A DNA stretch of 64,000 bases from the NCBI GenBank assembly GCA_036501665.1, contig DASXZW010000071.1, positions 59,763 through 123,762 of the forward strand, written 5' to 3'. The position numbers were made by a program, and so were the translations under genes. This document shows, in pieces, positions 1 to 9,697 of this stretch. Numbering within the stretch: position 1 is the stretch's first letter; each line of letters begins with the position of its first letter. Source of the DNA: Verrucomicrobiia bacterium (GTDB lineage Bacteria > Verrucomicrobiota > Verrucomicrobiia > Limisphaerales > Palsa-1400). The notes under the pieces are model-generated. The model saw nothing but the letters and a program-made list of their open reading frames with translations. It made no database searches and was not told where the DNA came from.

Positions 1-1
1 C

Positions 2-169
2 GCCAATCGCCATGACGCCGCTGACGCCGGCTTCGACGATGAACTGATTTACAGCGAAATCGCGCTTCCTCCTTTTTCGCGCAAATTACCCACACAACAA
101 GTGTTGAGACAAGAGGCGTTGGCCGTTTTCGCCGAGTGGCGTCAGATGCCCGATAAAATCGAGTATTGA
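2..169 (+). CDS. 3' end of an unidentified CDS running off the left edge
   Basis: The frame is open from the window edge to TGA 167-169 (…FDDELIYSEIALPPFSRKLPTQQVLRQEALAVFAEWRQMPDKIEY*). There is no start in the window and I recognised no family. Confidence 0.3.
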   Translation, partial: ANRHDAADAGFDDELIYSEIALPPFSRKLPTQQVLRQEALAVFAEWRQMPDKIEY

Positions 170-173
170 CGCG

Positions 174-1658
174 TTATTTCTTTTTCTCAAGCAGCGCAAC
201 GCTGTTGGTCATCATCGGAGCGTTCGTTGTCCAGCCTCCGCCAAGCGCTTTGATTAACTGGACGGTTGTCACCATGCCTTCGCCGTTCAGTTGGTAAGCC
301 GTCACCTCGTTATCCAGCAAGGTTCGGTCTGCCACGACAACTTCCAGGTAGCTTGTCAAACCTTCCTTGTAACGCAGTCTCGAAAGTTCGGCGACTTTCT
401 TTGCGCCGTCCACCGCCTTCATTTGCGTGTCAAATTGTTCCTTCAAAAGGCGCACCCCGATCAATCCGTCCTCGACTTCGTGGAACGCCACCAGCACCTG
501 CGATCTGTATTGCGCGATAGATTCCTCGTAGGCCGAGCGCGCGCGTTGAAGGTCCGCTCGCAAGCGTCCGCCTTCAAACAATGGAAAGGTAATATTCGGC
601 CCGATGCTCCACGCGCGGCTTTCCCAACTGAAAACGTCCTTCAAATCCACACTTTCGGTTCCCGCCGCCGCTGTCAATTGTATGGATGGGAAAAAGGCCG
701 CCTTGGCAACGCCGATTCCTTCGCTGGCCGCGGCCATCGAACGTTCCGCCGCCGCAACATCCGGACGCCTCTCCAACAAATCGGACGGAAGGCCGACCGG
801 AATTGCCGGGGGGCGGTAGATTCGCGATGACTCAGCGAGCGAGAAAGTCGAGGCGGGTTGGCCGCACAGGGTGCCAAGCATATTTTCCAGTCGCGCCCTT
901 TGAAGATTCAATCCCAGCAAATCCGCCTGGGCTGTGGCGAGTTCTGTTTGAGCTTCCGCGAGGTCCAACGCGCTGTCCGCCCCGCCTTTGTGAAGAGACT
1001 CGACAAGGTTAAGGTTCGTCTGGCGCAAACCGATGCTTTGGCCGACAACCCACCGATCAAGATCAACCGACCTGATCGTAAAATAAGTCTGCGCGATTTG
1101 CGCCTGAAGCGAGAGAAGGATGTTCTGGTAAGCGGCTGCGTTCGCTTGCGCTGTTTCGCGCGCGGACCGAAACGAACGCCGGACACGACCCCACAAATCC
1201 ACTTCATAACTCAGGTCGAACGGAAGGAAAAATTCATTGCCCGTATAACCTGTCACGGTTGATCCCGGTTCGACGGTTCGTTTTGCCGAATAATGCGTTC
1301 GGTTCCCGTTTGGGTCAAAACTCGCCGCAGGAAACAACTCAGACCTTGTAACACGAGCAATCGCGCGGGCCTCTTCCACGCGTTCAAATGCGGCGCGAAC
1401 ATCCGGGCTGTTCGTCGTCGCTTCCATTTCGAGGGCGCTCAAAATGGGATCGGAAAAAACTTCCCAAAAATTCTGCTTCAACTCGGCGTCCCTTGGCGTC
1501 CCTTGTTTCCACGGTGGCTGCGCCTTCCATTGGTCGGGGACTTTTCCCGGTTCGGGCCTGTGATAATCCGGCCCAACCACGCACCCTCCCAGGAGCAATA
1601 CGCAAAGAATGACGACTCCAACTCGACCGGTCGGGCGTCTCACGCGGCGGTTATTCAT
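174..1658 (-). CDS. RND efflux outer-membrane factor lipoprotein (NodT/OprM family)
   Basis: The ORF-track entry is 174..1718. I place the start at the internal ATG 1658. That gives MNNRRVRRPTGRVGVVILCVLLLGGC, a lipoprotein signal with lipobox Cys, followed by VVGPDYHRP, which is typical of NodT-family OMFs. This start overlaps the adaptor stop by 8 nt (ATGAATAA). It is the last gene of the pump operon. Confidence 0.85.
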   Translation of the reverse strand: MNNRRVRRPTGRVGVVILCVLLLGGCVVGPDYHRPEPGKVPDQWKAQPPWKQGTPRDAELKQNFWEVFSDPILSALEMEATTNSPDVRAAFERVEEARAIARVTRSELFPAASFDPNGNRTHYSAKRTVEPGSTVTGYTGNEFFLPFDLSYEVDLWGRVRRSFRSARETAQANAAAYQNILLSLQAQIAQTYFTIRSVDLDRWVVGQSIGLRQTNLNLVESLHKGGADSALDLAEAQTELATAQADLLGLNLQRARLENMLGTLCGQPASTFSLAESSRIYRPPAIPVGLPSDLLERRPDVAAAERSMAAASEGIGVAKAAFFPSIQLTAAAGTESVDLKDVFSWESRAWSIGPNITFPLFEGGRLRADLQRARSAYEESIAQYRSQVLVAFHEVEDGLIGVRLLKEQFDTQMKAVDGAKKVAELSRLRYKEGLTSYLEVVVADRTLLDNEVTAYQLNGEGMVTTVQLIKALGGGWTTNAPMMTNSVALLEKKK

Positions 1659-2898
1659 GGGCCGGTTTGGCGGCGGACTTTGTGGGTTCGGCAATCCGCA
1701 CCTTCGTGCCTGACTCAAGGGAATCCGAGGGGTTAAGAATCACATTGTCAGATTCCTTGAGGCCATCGACGATTTCCACTGTGGTCCCGTAATCGCGTCC
1801 CATCGTTACGTTGGCGAGCCGCACGGTTCCATTGGCATCAACTACGCCGGCTTGCACTCCCTTTTCGTTGCGAAACAGCAAAGTATTGACAGGGACAACC
1901 ACCGGATCGGTGCCGTTCTGCAAACTGACATCCACCATCGCGTGAGAACCCGGCAACATCGTTCCGTCGCGATTCGAGACAAGGATCTCTGTCAAGAGCG
2001 TGCGCGAAACGGGATCAATCGCGCCCGCAGTGCGGTCAATATGCCCTTTGAATGTCCTCCCTGGAAGTTCGGTGAATTTCAGCACGGCTTCGTCGTTCGT
2101 CTTGACCATCTGACTGTAGGATTGAGGGAGACTGATGTAAACACGCAAGGGATCGGTCCGCGCCAACCGGAAGATTTCCCGCGACGAACCCGCTGTGATC
2201 AACGTCCCGGCATCCATCGTCCGTGCCGTGATCGTGCCGGGAAATGGAGCGACGAGTTTTTTAAAGTTGGACATTTCCGTGAGTCGCTGAACGTTTGCCT
2301 TTTGCGCGTCGAGGCTGGCTTCATTCGCGTGAAAGGTCGCGATTTTCACGTCTGTGTCCTGTTGCGAAACCGAATCGCTCTCGCGCAACTTTTTCCAGCG
2401 ATCCGCGGAAATCCGGGCAATCTCCAGATTTGCGTCGGCGAGCGACACCGCGGCGTTGGCCTGGTTAAGTTCCTGGTCCAGCTCGGGCGTTTCAATTTCA
2501 GCCAGGGGTTGCCCGTTCGTTACGCGCGTCCCAATGTCCGTGTACCATTTTTTCAAATAACCGCTGACTCGCGCGTAAATTGGCGCTTCCTCGTAAGACG
2601 TCACGTTGCCGGGCAATTCCAGTTTGATTTGCGCCTCGGTGCGCTTCGGATGGACTACGCTGACCGTCGGAATGGCATTTTCCGCGGTGTCGCTCTCCAA
2701 TTCCGCGTTCGCCCGCGCGCGCGACATAACGGTCAGGCCAACGCCAATCAATAACAACAATCCAACCCCGGCCAAAACGACCACTGGAGCGCGTCCAGCC
2801 GGTGCTGGTGGCGCGCCGCCGGAAACTCCCAATTCCGCCCCGTGCGGAGTTGAGTGTTCAACGGGCTTCGAACTTTGGTGAGTTTCCCCTTGGTTCAT
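1651..2898 (-). CDS. RND efflux periplasmic adaptor (membrane fusion protein, HlyD-like), TM-anchored
   Basis: 415 aa. The N-terminus is a single hydrophobic anchor (VVVLAGVGLLLLIGVGLTV), not a lipobox. The rest looks like barrel-sandwich/coiled-coil/beta-barrel MFP sequence (VSGYLKKWYTDIGTRVTNGQPLAEIETPELDQEL). It lies between the pump and OMF genes. Confidence 0.85.
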   Translation of the reverse strand: MNQGETHQSSKPVEHSTPHGAELGVSGGAPPAPAGRAPVVVLAGVGLLLLIGVGLTVMSRARANAELESDTAENAIPTVSVVHPKRTEAQIKLELPGNVTSYEEAPIYARVSGYLKKWYTDIGTRVTNGQPLAEIETPELDQELNQANAAVSLADANLEIARISADRWKKLRESDSVSQQDTDVKIATFHANEASLDAQKANVQRLTEMSNFKKLVAPFPGTITARTMDAGTLITAGSSREIFRLARTDPLRVYISLPQSYSQMVKTNDEAVLKFTELPGRTFKGHIDRTAGAIDPVSRTLLTEILVSNRDGTMLPGSHAMVDVSLQNGTDPVVVPVNTLLFRNEKGVQAGVVDANGTVRLANVTMGRDYGTTVEIVDGLKESDNVILNPSDSLESGTKVRIAEPTKSAAKPAHE

Positions 2899-2902
2899 AT
2901 AT

Positions 2903-5900
2903 CTATGACGATTGTGCTGTTGCAGAATTCACGGTGTTCTCGGGTTCGACGGCATCGCGGCTTCGGACCATGCAAAAGACAACTGGAACGAAAAAGAGCG
3001 TCGCGACTGTCGCGAATAATAGTCCGCCGATGACCGCTCTGCCAAGTGGCGCATTTTGTTCGCCGCCTTCACCCAGTCCCAATGCCATTGGGACCATGCC
3101 AATAATCATTGCGAGCGCTGTCATCACGACGGGCCGCAACCGGATATACCCTGCATCCAAGGCCGCCGTGAAGGCGTTGCGCGTTTCCTCCAATCTCTCT
3201 TTCGCAAAAGTCACCACCAAAATGCTGTTGGCGGTGGCCACTCCAATGCTCATTACCGCGCCCATCAATGATGGGACGTTAAGCGTTGTTCTAGTCAAGA
3301 ATAACATCCAGACAATTCCACACAGCGCGCCTGGCAGCGCCGTGATGATAATGAAGGGATCGCTCCAGGATTGGAAATTGATGACGATGAGCAAATAGAC
3401 CAGCAGAATGGCGAAAAGCAGTCCAAAACCGAGCCCGATGAACGACGACTTCATCGTTTCCACCTGGCCGCGAACTTTGATTGAGCTGCCGCGCGGCAGC
3501 TTTTTCTCCGCTTCCTTCACGATTTTTTCAAAGTTTTTGGCCACCGCGCCGAGATCGCGCCCCTGCACGTCCCCGTAAACGTCAATTACAGGCTGGATGT
3601 TATAATGACTGACAACGTCCTGTTCGGCCCCGCGCGAAAATGTGGCCAGATTGCCCAGCAACTGCGGCACAGCACCGCTGGGGCCCGTGACAGGAATTCC
3701 TGCCAGCGATTGAAGCGAATCGAGATTGTATTGCGGCACTTGCGAAGCCACCTGGTAACTTACGCCGTTGGCGGGGTTCAAATAAAATGACGGCGTGGTT
3801 TGGAAACTGCCGCTCAGCGCAACCAATAGGCTCGACGCCACATCGCGTTCCGTAAATCCGACCTCTTGAATCTTCGTTCGGTCCGTATTGATCTTTAAAC
3901 TCGGAAGGTCGAAAGCCTGTTGCACATGCACGTCCACAGCTCCGGGTATCTGGCGGACTTTGTCGGCGATCTCGCTGGCAATATGAAAATTCGCCAACTC
4001 GTCGCGACCAATTACCTGGATGTCGATGGGCGATGGGAGTCCAAAGTTCAACACTTGACTGACAATATCCGCCGGCTGAAAAAAGAATTGGACTCCCGGA
4101 AAATCCCGGGTCAGGTCGCGCCGCAATTTTCGAGTGTAATCGGCGGTGGGATGATGTTTCTCCTGGTTTAGCGAAATCAAAATTTCGGCGTCGAACGGCC
4201 CAATGGTCCCCCCGTTGGCGTACGAATTGTTGATTCCGCTTACGGGAAGGCCGATGTTATCGACTATGCTTTCCAATTCGCTGGAGGGAATCATCCTGCG
4301 AATGGACTCCTCGACATGGTCGCATAGCGCCGCCGTTTGCTCAACGCGCGTGCCGGTTTTGGCCCGGACGTGAAGCCGCATTTGTCCGGCATCGACTTTC
4401 GGAAAAAAGTCCTCGCCGAGAAATGGCGCAAGGCAGCATGAACCAATGCAGAAGAACAAAAAGCAACCCGCAAAAAGACCGCGATGATGCAGGCAGGCGT
4501 TCAACCAGTTGCGATACGCGTTCCGCATCTTCTCGAAGCCAGCCTCAAATTTTGCGTGAAACTGCCCGAACCAACCTCTTGCTTCGCTTCCGGTGTCATG
4601 CACGTGATTGCGAAGAAAATACATGACAAGAGTCGGAACCACGGTGCGTGAAAGCAGGTACGACGCGAGCATCGCGAACACCACCGCTTCCGCCAAAGGA
4701 ACGAAAAGATACCGGGCGGTGCCAGTCAGAAAAAACATCGGAACAAAGACGATGCATATGCACAGCGTCGAAACAAATGCCGGAACGGCAATTTGCGCGG
4801 CGCCATCGAGAATGGCAGTGCGCAGTTCTTTTCCCTGGCGGAGATTGCGCTCGATGTTTTCGATTTCAACAGTCGCGTCGTCAACAAGAATTCCAACGGC
4901 CAGCGCCAGCCCTCCCAAAGTCATGATGTTCATCGTCTCCCCAAGCGCGCTAAGCGTGATAATCGAACAAAGAATTGCCAGGGGAATTGAAATAACGATG
5001 ACAAACGTTGTGCGCCAATTTCCCAGGAAAATCAAAATCATGATGGCCGTCAGACAAGCGGCGATAATCGCCTCCCGTATCACGGATTGCACGGCGGCGC
5101 GAACGAATATTGACTGGTCAAGCAGAGTCTTGATCTCCAGTTCCGGCGGCAAAGTTTTGACCACCTGCGGAACCGCCTTTTTGACGCGGGCCACAATGTC
5201 CAGCGTCGAAGCCGCCCCCGCCTTTATAATTGTCAGCAGCGAAGCCCGAACGCCGTCGCTGCGCACAACGTTTTGTTGCACCGCGTAACCGTCGCGGACG
5301 TGCGCCACGTCCCGGACATAAATCATGTGGCCGTTGATGACCCTAAGCGGGATGTCATTGAGTTGCTTGATGGTGTCGGGGCTGCCATTCAATTCCACCG
5401 CATATTCGGCGTCGCCGATTTTTTCCGTGCCCGCCGGGAGTATCAGGTTTTCCGCGCCAATCGCATTCACGACATCGCTGGGGGAAAGTCCCGCTCCGTT
5501 CAACGCGGAAATATCAATGTCCACCATGATCTCACGCGTTTTGCCACCGTATGGATAGGGCATCGCCGCGCCCTGGACTGTTGCCAGGCCAACGCGAAGA
5601 AAGTTCACGCCAAGGTCGTTCACTTGCGCTTCTGACAAAGTTTTGCTGCTCAAGCTCAACTGCAAAATCGGCACGCTGGACGCGTTGTAAGTAATGATCA
5701 ACGGAGGCGTGATTCCAGGCGGAAGGCCGCGAACAGTCGCCTGGCAAATTGCAGTGATTTGCGCGATTGCCATGTCAATCTTCACGTTCGGATGGAAAAA
5801 CACCTTGATGACGCCCATTCCGTTGAGGGACTGTGACTCGATGTGTTCGATGTCGTTGACCGTCGTAGTCAACCCTCGTTCGCTGTTCAGAACGATGCGG

Positions 5901-6082
5901 GATGCCATCTCCTGCGCCGACATTCCCGCGTATTGCCAGACAACGCTAACAACAGGAATATTGATGTCGGGAAAAATATCCGTCGGGGTGCGCAAAATGA
6001 CGACCGGGCTGACGAGCAGTATCATCAGCGCAAGCACGACGAACGTGTAAGGCCTGTTCAAGGCCAGGCGGACAATCCACAT
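2903..6082 (-). CDS. RND efflux transporter permease (AcrB/CzcA superfamily)
   Basis: 1059 aa. The N-terminus MWIVRLALNRPYTFVVLALMILL…, 12-TM architecture with two large periplasmic loops, and the motif GILVDDATVEIENI are all typical of RND pumps. It ends 4 nt before the adaptor start. Confidence 0.9.
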   Translation of the reverse strand: MWIVRLALNRPYTFVVLALMILLVSPVVILRTPTDIFPDINIPVVSVVWQYAGMSAQEMASRIVLNSERGLTTTVNDIEHIESQSLNGMGVIKVFFHPNVKIDMAIAQITAICQATVRGLPPGITPPLIITYNASSVPILQLSLSSKTLSEAQVNDLGVNFLRVGLATVQGAAMPYPYGGKTREIMVDIDISALNGAGLSPSDVVNAIGAENLILPAGTEKIGDAEYAVELNGSPDTIKQLNDIPLRVINGHMIYVRDVAHVRDGYAVQQNVVRSDGVRASLLTIIKAGAASTLDIVARVKKAVPQVVKTLPPELEIKTLLDQSIFVRAAVQSVIREAIIAACLTAIMILIFLGNWRTTFVIVISIPLAILCSIITLSALGETMNIMTLGGLALAVGILVDDATVEIENIERNLRQGKELRTAILDGAAQIAVPAFVSTLCICIVFVPMFFLTGTARYLFVPLAEAVVFAMLASYLLSRTVVPTLVMYFLRNHVHDTGSEARGWFGQFHAKFEAGFEKMRNAYRNWLNACLHHRGLFAGCFLFFCIGSCCLAPFLGEDFFPKVDAGQMRLHVRAKTGTRVEQTAALCDHVEESIRRMIPSSELESIVDNIGLPVSGINNSYANGGTIGPFDAEILISLNQEKHHPTADYTRKLRRDLTRDFPGVQFFFQPADIVSQVLNFGLPSPIDIQVIGRDELANFHIASEIADKVRQIPGAVDVHVQQAFDLPSLKINTDRTKIQEVGFTERDVASSLLVALSGSFQTTPSFYLNPANGVSYQVASQVPQYNLDSLQSLAGIPVTGPSGAVPQLLGNLATFSRGAEQDVVSHYNIQPVIDVYGDVQGRDLGAVAKNFEKIVKEAEKKLPRGSSIKVRGQVETMKSSFIGLGFGLLFAILLVYLLIVINFQSWSDPFIIITALPGALCGIVWMLFLTRTTLNVPSLMGAVMSIGVATANSILVVTFAKERLEETRNAFTAALDAGYIRLRPVVMTALAMIIGMVPMALGLGEGGEQNAPLGRAVIGGLLFATVATLFFVPVVFCMVRSRDAVEPENTVNSATAQSS

Positions 6083-6360
6083 AATCGAATCAGGTCAGGC
6101 GGTCTTTATTCCCTAACCCGGATAAATTCCAATTCGCGAAATTCATTTGTATCGGACATTTGAACCCGCCACGCCTTTGTTGTCATCCATAAATAATTAC
6201 TCTTTAGCAGACACTGTGCCAACAGGTTTTCAGGCAACAGGAAGGCTCTTTCCGCCTTGTTTTCCAGGATTCTGGCGCGCTTCCCGGCAAAGTCGCAAAG
6301 CAACTATGCGCGGACGGCACATTTGGTAGGCGGGGAATCAAGTGCGCAGGACGTAGGGTA

Positions 6361-8781
6361 TCACGCAATCAAATCGCGGATTTCTTCCCAGGTAAGTGTG
6401 CCCGCAAATTCTTCGTCGCCGGCCAGGACAGCTTGCGTCAACTCCCGTTTGCGCGCCTGCAAGTTAAGGATTTTTTCTTCAACCGTGCCACGCGTGATCA
6501 GCTTGTAACTTGTGACGATGTTTCGCTGGCCAATTCTATGCGCACGGTCCGTCGCCTGCGCTTCGACCGCGGGATTCCACCATGGGTCAAAATGAATCAC
6601 AGTATCGGCGCCCGTTAAATTGAGTCCCGTGCCTCCGGCCTTGAGGCTGATGAGGAATATCGGGATTGTCGGATCATTCTGAAATTTTTCGACGACGCCC
6701 GCCCGATCTTTTGTTGAGCCGTCGAGGTAACAAGATTGAATGTTTTGCGATGTCAATTCCTCGCGCAACAGTCCGAGCATTGTCGTGAATTGGCTGAACA
6801 CCAGCGCCCGATGGCCGCCGTCCAAAGTTTCTTCGATCAACTCGTGAAAAAGCTCAACTTTGCCTGAAGGTGGAGGCGTTTGGTCGGCGCTTCCGGTCTT
6901 AAGCAAACGAATATCACAGCAAATCTGCCTCAACCGCAGCAGCGTGGTCAGCACGAGCATACGGCTTTTGGCCAATCCGTTCTTATTGACGGAATTCAGA
7001 ATTTCGCGCCGGCCGGATTCGAGCATTTGCCGGTAATACGCGCGTTGCTCCTCGCCGAGTTCGCAATAGCTGACCTGCTCGATTTTCTCCGGAAGATCGG
7101 CGGCGACTTCCTTCTTGGCCCGGCGAAGGATGAACGGGCGCAGTCGTCTCGCAAGGCGTGTTTGCGCGGCGGAATTTTTCTCTCGCGTCATTGGAATTTC
7201 ATAACGTTCGCGAAAATCCTGCGCCTCGCCCAAATAACCCGGCATCAAAAAATCGAAGATTGACCAAAGGTCCAGGACGGAGTTTTCCATTGGCGTTCCT
7301 GTCAAGACCACTTTATGCGCCGCGCGAATCGTTTTAACCGCCTGGGCATTTTGCGTCTGGCGGTTCTTGATATGCTGGGCTTCGTCCAACACCAGAGTGT
7401 CAAATTCCACTCCGCGATAATGTTCCGCATCGCGCCGCAACAACGCGTAACTTGTCACCACAAGATCATGCGATGAAATTTGTTGGAACAGCGCCATCCG
7501 GTCTGAGCCTTGCACCGCGAGCACTCGCAATTCCGGCGTGAATTTTTTCGCCTCCGCTTCCCAATTGAACACCAGCGATGTCGGACAAACTACCAGCGCT
7601 GGGCCTCTCTGCGGCCCCTTGAGCGCGCGCAACAGCGCCAAAACTTGCAAGGTTTTGCCAAGACCCATTTCATCCGCCAGAATTCCTCCAAACCGATTCA
7701 ACCGCAGAAAATTTAGCCAGCCAACTCCCTCCTTTTGATAAGGCCGCAGAACAGAATCGAGATTTCTGAGCGGCGGGATTTCGGGTTTGACTTCGCCGCG
7801 CTGAAGGGCAGCCCGCTCCAGCCATGCCTGTGGGGCCTGCACACTCAAATCCGGGCGGCCACGAAACGTCGCATCCAGGAAACCGGCCTGGGAATTATTG
7901 ACGCGATACCCGCCTTCATGTTGCTTTGGCGCGCAGTCGATTAACACTTCCTGTAATTCTTCGACCGCGCCTGTGTCCAGCAGCGCAAATTTCCCGTTTT
8001 TCAACCGCGCATGATTCTGTCCCGTCAGCAGAAGACGTTGAACTTCCGAGGCGGCCAGCGGTTCGCCGCTCGACGTATTATAAGTGACAGCAAGATCGAA
8101 CCATTGCTCGCCCGACGGCGTGATTTGAAATTGCGGACGGACGCGCTCCAGGCTTTCAGCGCTCTTTTCGAGTCGCTCTTCGAGCGTTACTTCCCAATCA
8201 TTTTCGATCCGCTGATAATCCCGCGCGAAGAAATTTAACACCGCATCCTGCCCGCGCAAATACAAAAAGCCCGCCGTATTCGGCCCGATGAACCCGCTTT
8301 GAGCAAGGCGCGCGATTGCCACTTGGCCCGACCTTGTGTGAAGGCCGCCATCCAATTTCGCCTGCAAGCCTGCCAGACCTCCGCTTAGATGCAAACTGAC
8401 CTTCGCAGTCGCTGATTCTTCAGGTTCCGTGGTTCGCCCCGGAACTAATGCGGCGTTTGATGAAACAGGCTCGGGCGTAGAAGTAGCCTTGCGCGGTGGA
8501 CCGTAAATTACATGCAATCCGACGGCTATTGAGTGCGCGCAAATCAAGCCGCGTTGGCGGGAGTCGCGACAAGTGCAAAGATTGTCCGCATCCGTCTCGC
8601 TCCGAATAAGCAACCCGGCGCGATAAGTTGCCTGGCCTTCTTGGACGGTTCCGCGCAGCGTCGGCGGGAGCCATTCCGAGGTCAGCACGCGATCCGCCGC
8701 GAGGAGGCTGCGGGCTTGCTTCGTGGCCTGCCATCCCGCCAATTTCGCCAGCAACGGATCTGATAACTGGATGTCGCTCAC
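6361..8781 (-). CDS. SWIM zinc-finger / SNF2-family helicase
   Basis: 806 aa. The N-terminal SWIM signature is CTCRDSRQRGLICAHS (CxC…CxH). The SNF2 ATPase motifs are ILADEMGLGKT (Walker A), LVLDEAQHIKN (DEAQ box) and, in the C-terminal helicase lobe, LNLTGADTVIHFDPWWNPAVEAQATDRAHRIGQ. Confidence 0.9.
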   Translation of the reverse strand: MSDIQLSDPLLAKLAGWQATKQARSLLAADRVLTSEWLPPTLRGTVQEGQATYRAGLLIRSETDADNLCTCRDSRQRGLICAHSIAVGLHVIYGPPRKATSTPEPVSSNAALVPGRTTEPEESATAKVSLHLSGGLAGLQAKLDGGLHTRSGQVAIARLAQSGFIGPNTAGFLYLRGQDAVLNFFARDYQRIENDWEVTLEERLEKSAESLERVRPQFQITPSGEQWFDLAVTYNTSSGEPLAASEVQRLLLTGQNHARLKNGKFALLDTGAVEELQEVLIDCAPKQHEGGYRVNNSQAGFLDATFRGRPDLSVQAPQAWLERAALQRGEVKPEIPPLRNLDSVLRPYQKEGVGWLNFLRLNRFGGILADEMGLGKTLQVLALLRALKGPQRGPALVVCPTSLVFNWEAEAKKFTPELRVLAVQGSDRMALFQQISSHDLVVTSYALLRRDAEHYRGVEFDTLVLDEAQHIKNRQTQNAQAVKTIRAAHKVVLTGTPMENSVLDLWSIFDFLMPGYLGEAQDFRERYEIPMTREKNSAAQTRLARRLRPFILRRAKKEVAADLPEKIEQVSYCELGEEQRAYYRQMLESGRREILNSVNKNGLAKSRMLVLTTLLRLRQICCDIRLLKTGSADQTPPPSGKVELFHELIEETLDGGHRALVFSQFTTMLGLLREELTSQNIQSCYLDGSTKDRAGVVEKFQNDPTIPIFLISLKAGGTGLNLTGADTVIHFDPWWNPAVEAQATDRAHRIGQRNIVTSYKLITRGTVEEKILNLQARKRELTQAVLAGDEEFAGTLTWEEIRDLIA

Positions 8782-8795
8782 CGGAAGTTCTGTAA

Positions 8796-9467
8796 TTAAT
8801 GCGCGGTCAGATTTTTCAACACTTCGTTCAAATCCAAGCCGGAATGCCCATTCGACGATGACCCTCGCATTGCCATTAGCAGAGCCACACCGGCGATGTC
8901 TGCCTCCGATTTCACGTTGTGAAAAATCTGATTCTTGATGCCGAAACTCACTTCCTCGTCCTGGCCCGATTTCAAGTTGGAAACACGCAGTTTCCCTAGC
9001 GTCAAATCGAGCTTGTCGATTCCTTCAAATTTAATTCCGGTGCTGGGGTCCGTTCCGGACTTTGCTTTGCTTTGTTTCGCAATCGAATCGAAGTTCGACT
9101 TGCCTTGCTTGTCCGTCACGACATCGATCTCCGCAAGATTCAGGCGGACCAACGGAAACCGATACGTCCCCGCGCGCAATGCCATTGGGTCGTATTCCAA
9201 ATGCAATTCCGGCATATCGAGGCACAATTTCCCTCCAAACTCAGCTGTGTTGTAAAGCTTCAAGCCTTCAATTGTAATCACCGGTTGGCGCAATCCGACA
9301 TGCACCGATGCGATTTGCACATTCATCCCGGTCGAACTGTGCAACCCTTTCACCATGACGCTGCGAACAAAAGTGTCCAGCAACATGATTCCCGCAACCA
9401 CCGCGATCACCACGAGAAGAAACAACGCCGCCGCAATACGAAGCAGCCAGCGAATCGGACGAGTCAT
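8796..9467 (-). CDS. AsmA-like N-terminal-domain membrane protein
   Basis: The ORF-track entry is 8796..9578. I prefer ATG 9467, giving MTRPIRWLLRIAAALFLLVVIAVVAGIMLL (a positive n-region plus one TM). The beta-rich remainder resembles AsmA/DUF748 N-terminal regions. It ends 14 nt upstream of the SNF2 gene start. Confidence 0.45.
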   Translation of the reverse strand: MTRPIRWLLRIAAALFLLVVIAVVAGIMLLDTFVRSVMVKGLHSSTGMNVQIASVHVGLRQPVITIEGLKLYNTAEFGGKLCLDMPELHLEYDPMALRAGTYRFPLVRLNLAEIDVVTDKQGKSNFDSIAKQSKAKSGTDPSTGIKFEGIDKLDLTLGKLRVSNLKSGQDEEVSFGIKNQIFHNVKSEADIAGVALLMAMRGSSSNGHSGLDLNEVLKNLTAH

Positions 9468-9590
9468 AAAAAATATGAAGTCAATTATCTCACGCAGAGG
9501 CTCAGAGGACGCGGAGAAAAGGATGGCATCCCAATCGCTTCTGCCTGGCCGTGCCCATGAACTCCCCGCAATTGACAAAACTTTTCTTCA

Positions 9591-9683
9591 CTTCGTTGCC
9601 TTCGTTTCCTTCTGTTGAATTCTTTCAGTTGCGATTTTTTTTTTGCTGCTCTGCGTTCTCTGCGCCTCCGCGCGAGAATTTTC
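9591..9683. repeat. Intergenic short-repeat modules (CTTCGTT-type module plus GCGCCTC(C/T)GCGCGAGA module)
   Basis: 9591-9615 (CTTCGTTGCCTTCGTTTCCTTCTGT) matches the reverse complement of 21238-21263 at 23 of 26 positions. 9662-9677 (GCGCCTCCGCGCGAGA) matches 21483-21498 at 15 of 16 positions. Confidence 0.75.
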
Positions 9684-9697
9684 TTTCAACAAGTAAG

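Noticed and set aside
6133-6140. TTCGCGAA palindrome in the promoter region of the first RND operon as a TetR-type operator.
   Set aside because: It is only 8 bp, the flanks are out of register (AATTCGCGAAATT), and no regulator gene is nearby. It is too short to distinguish from chance.
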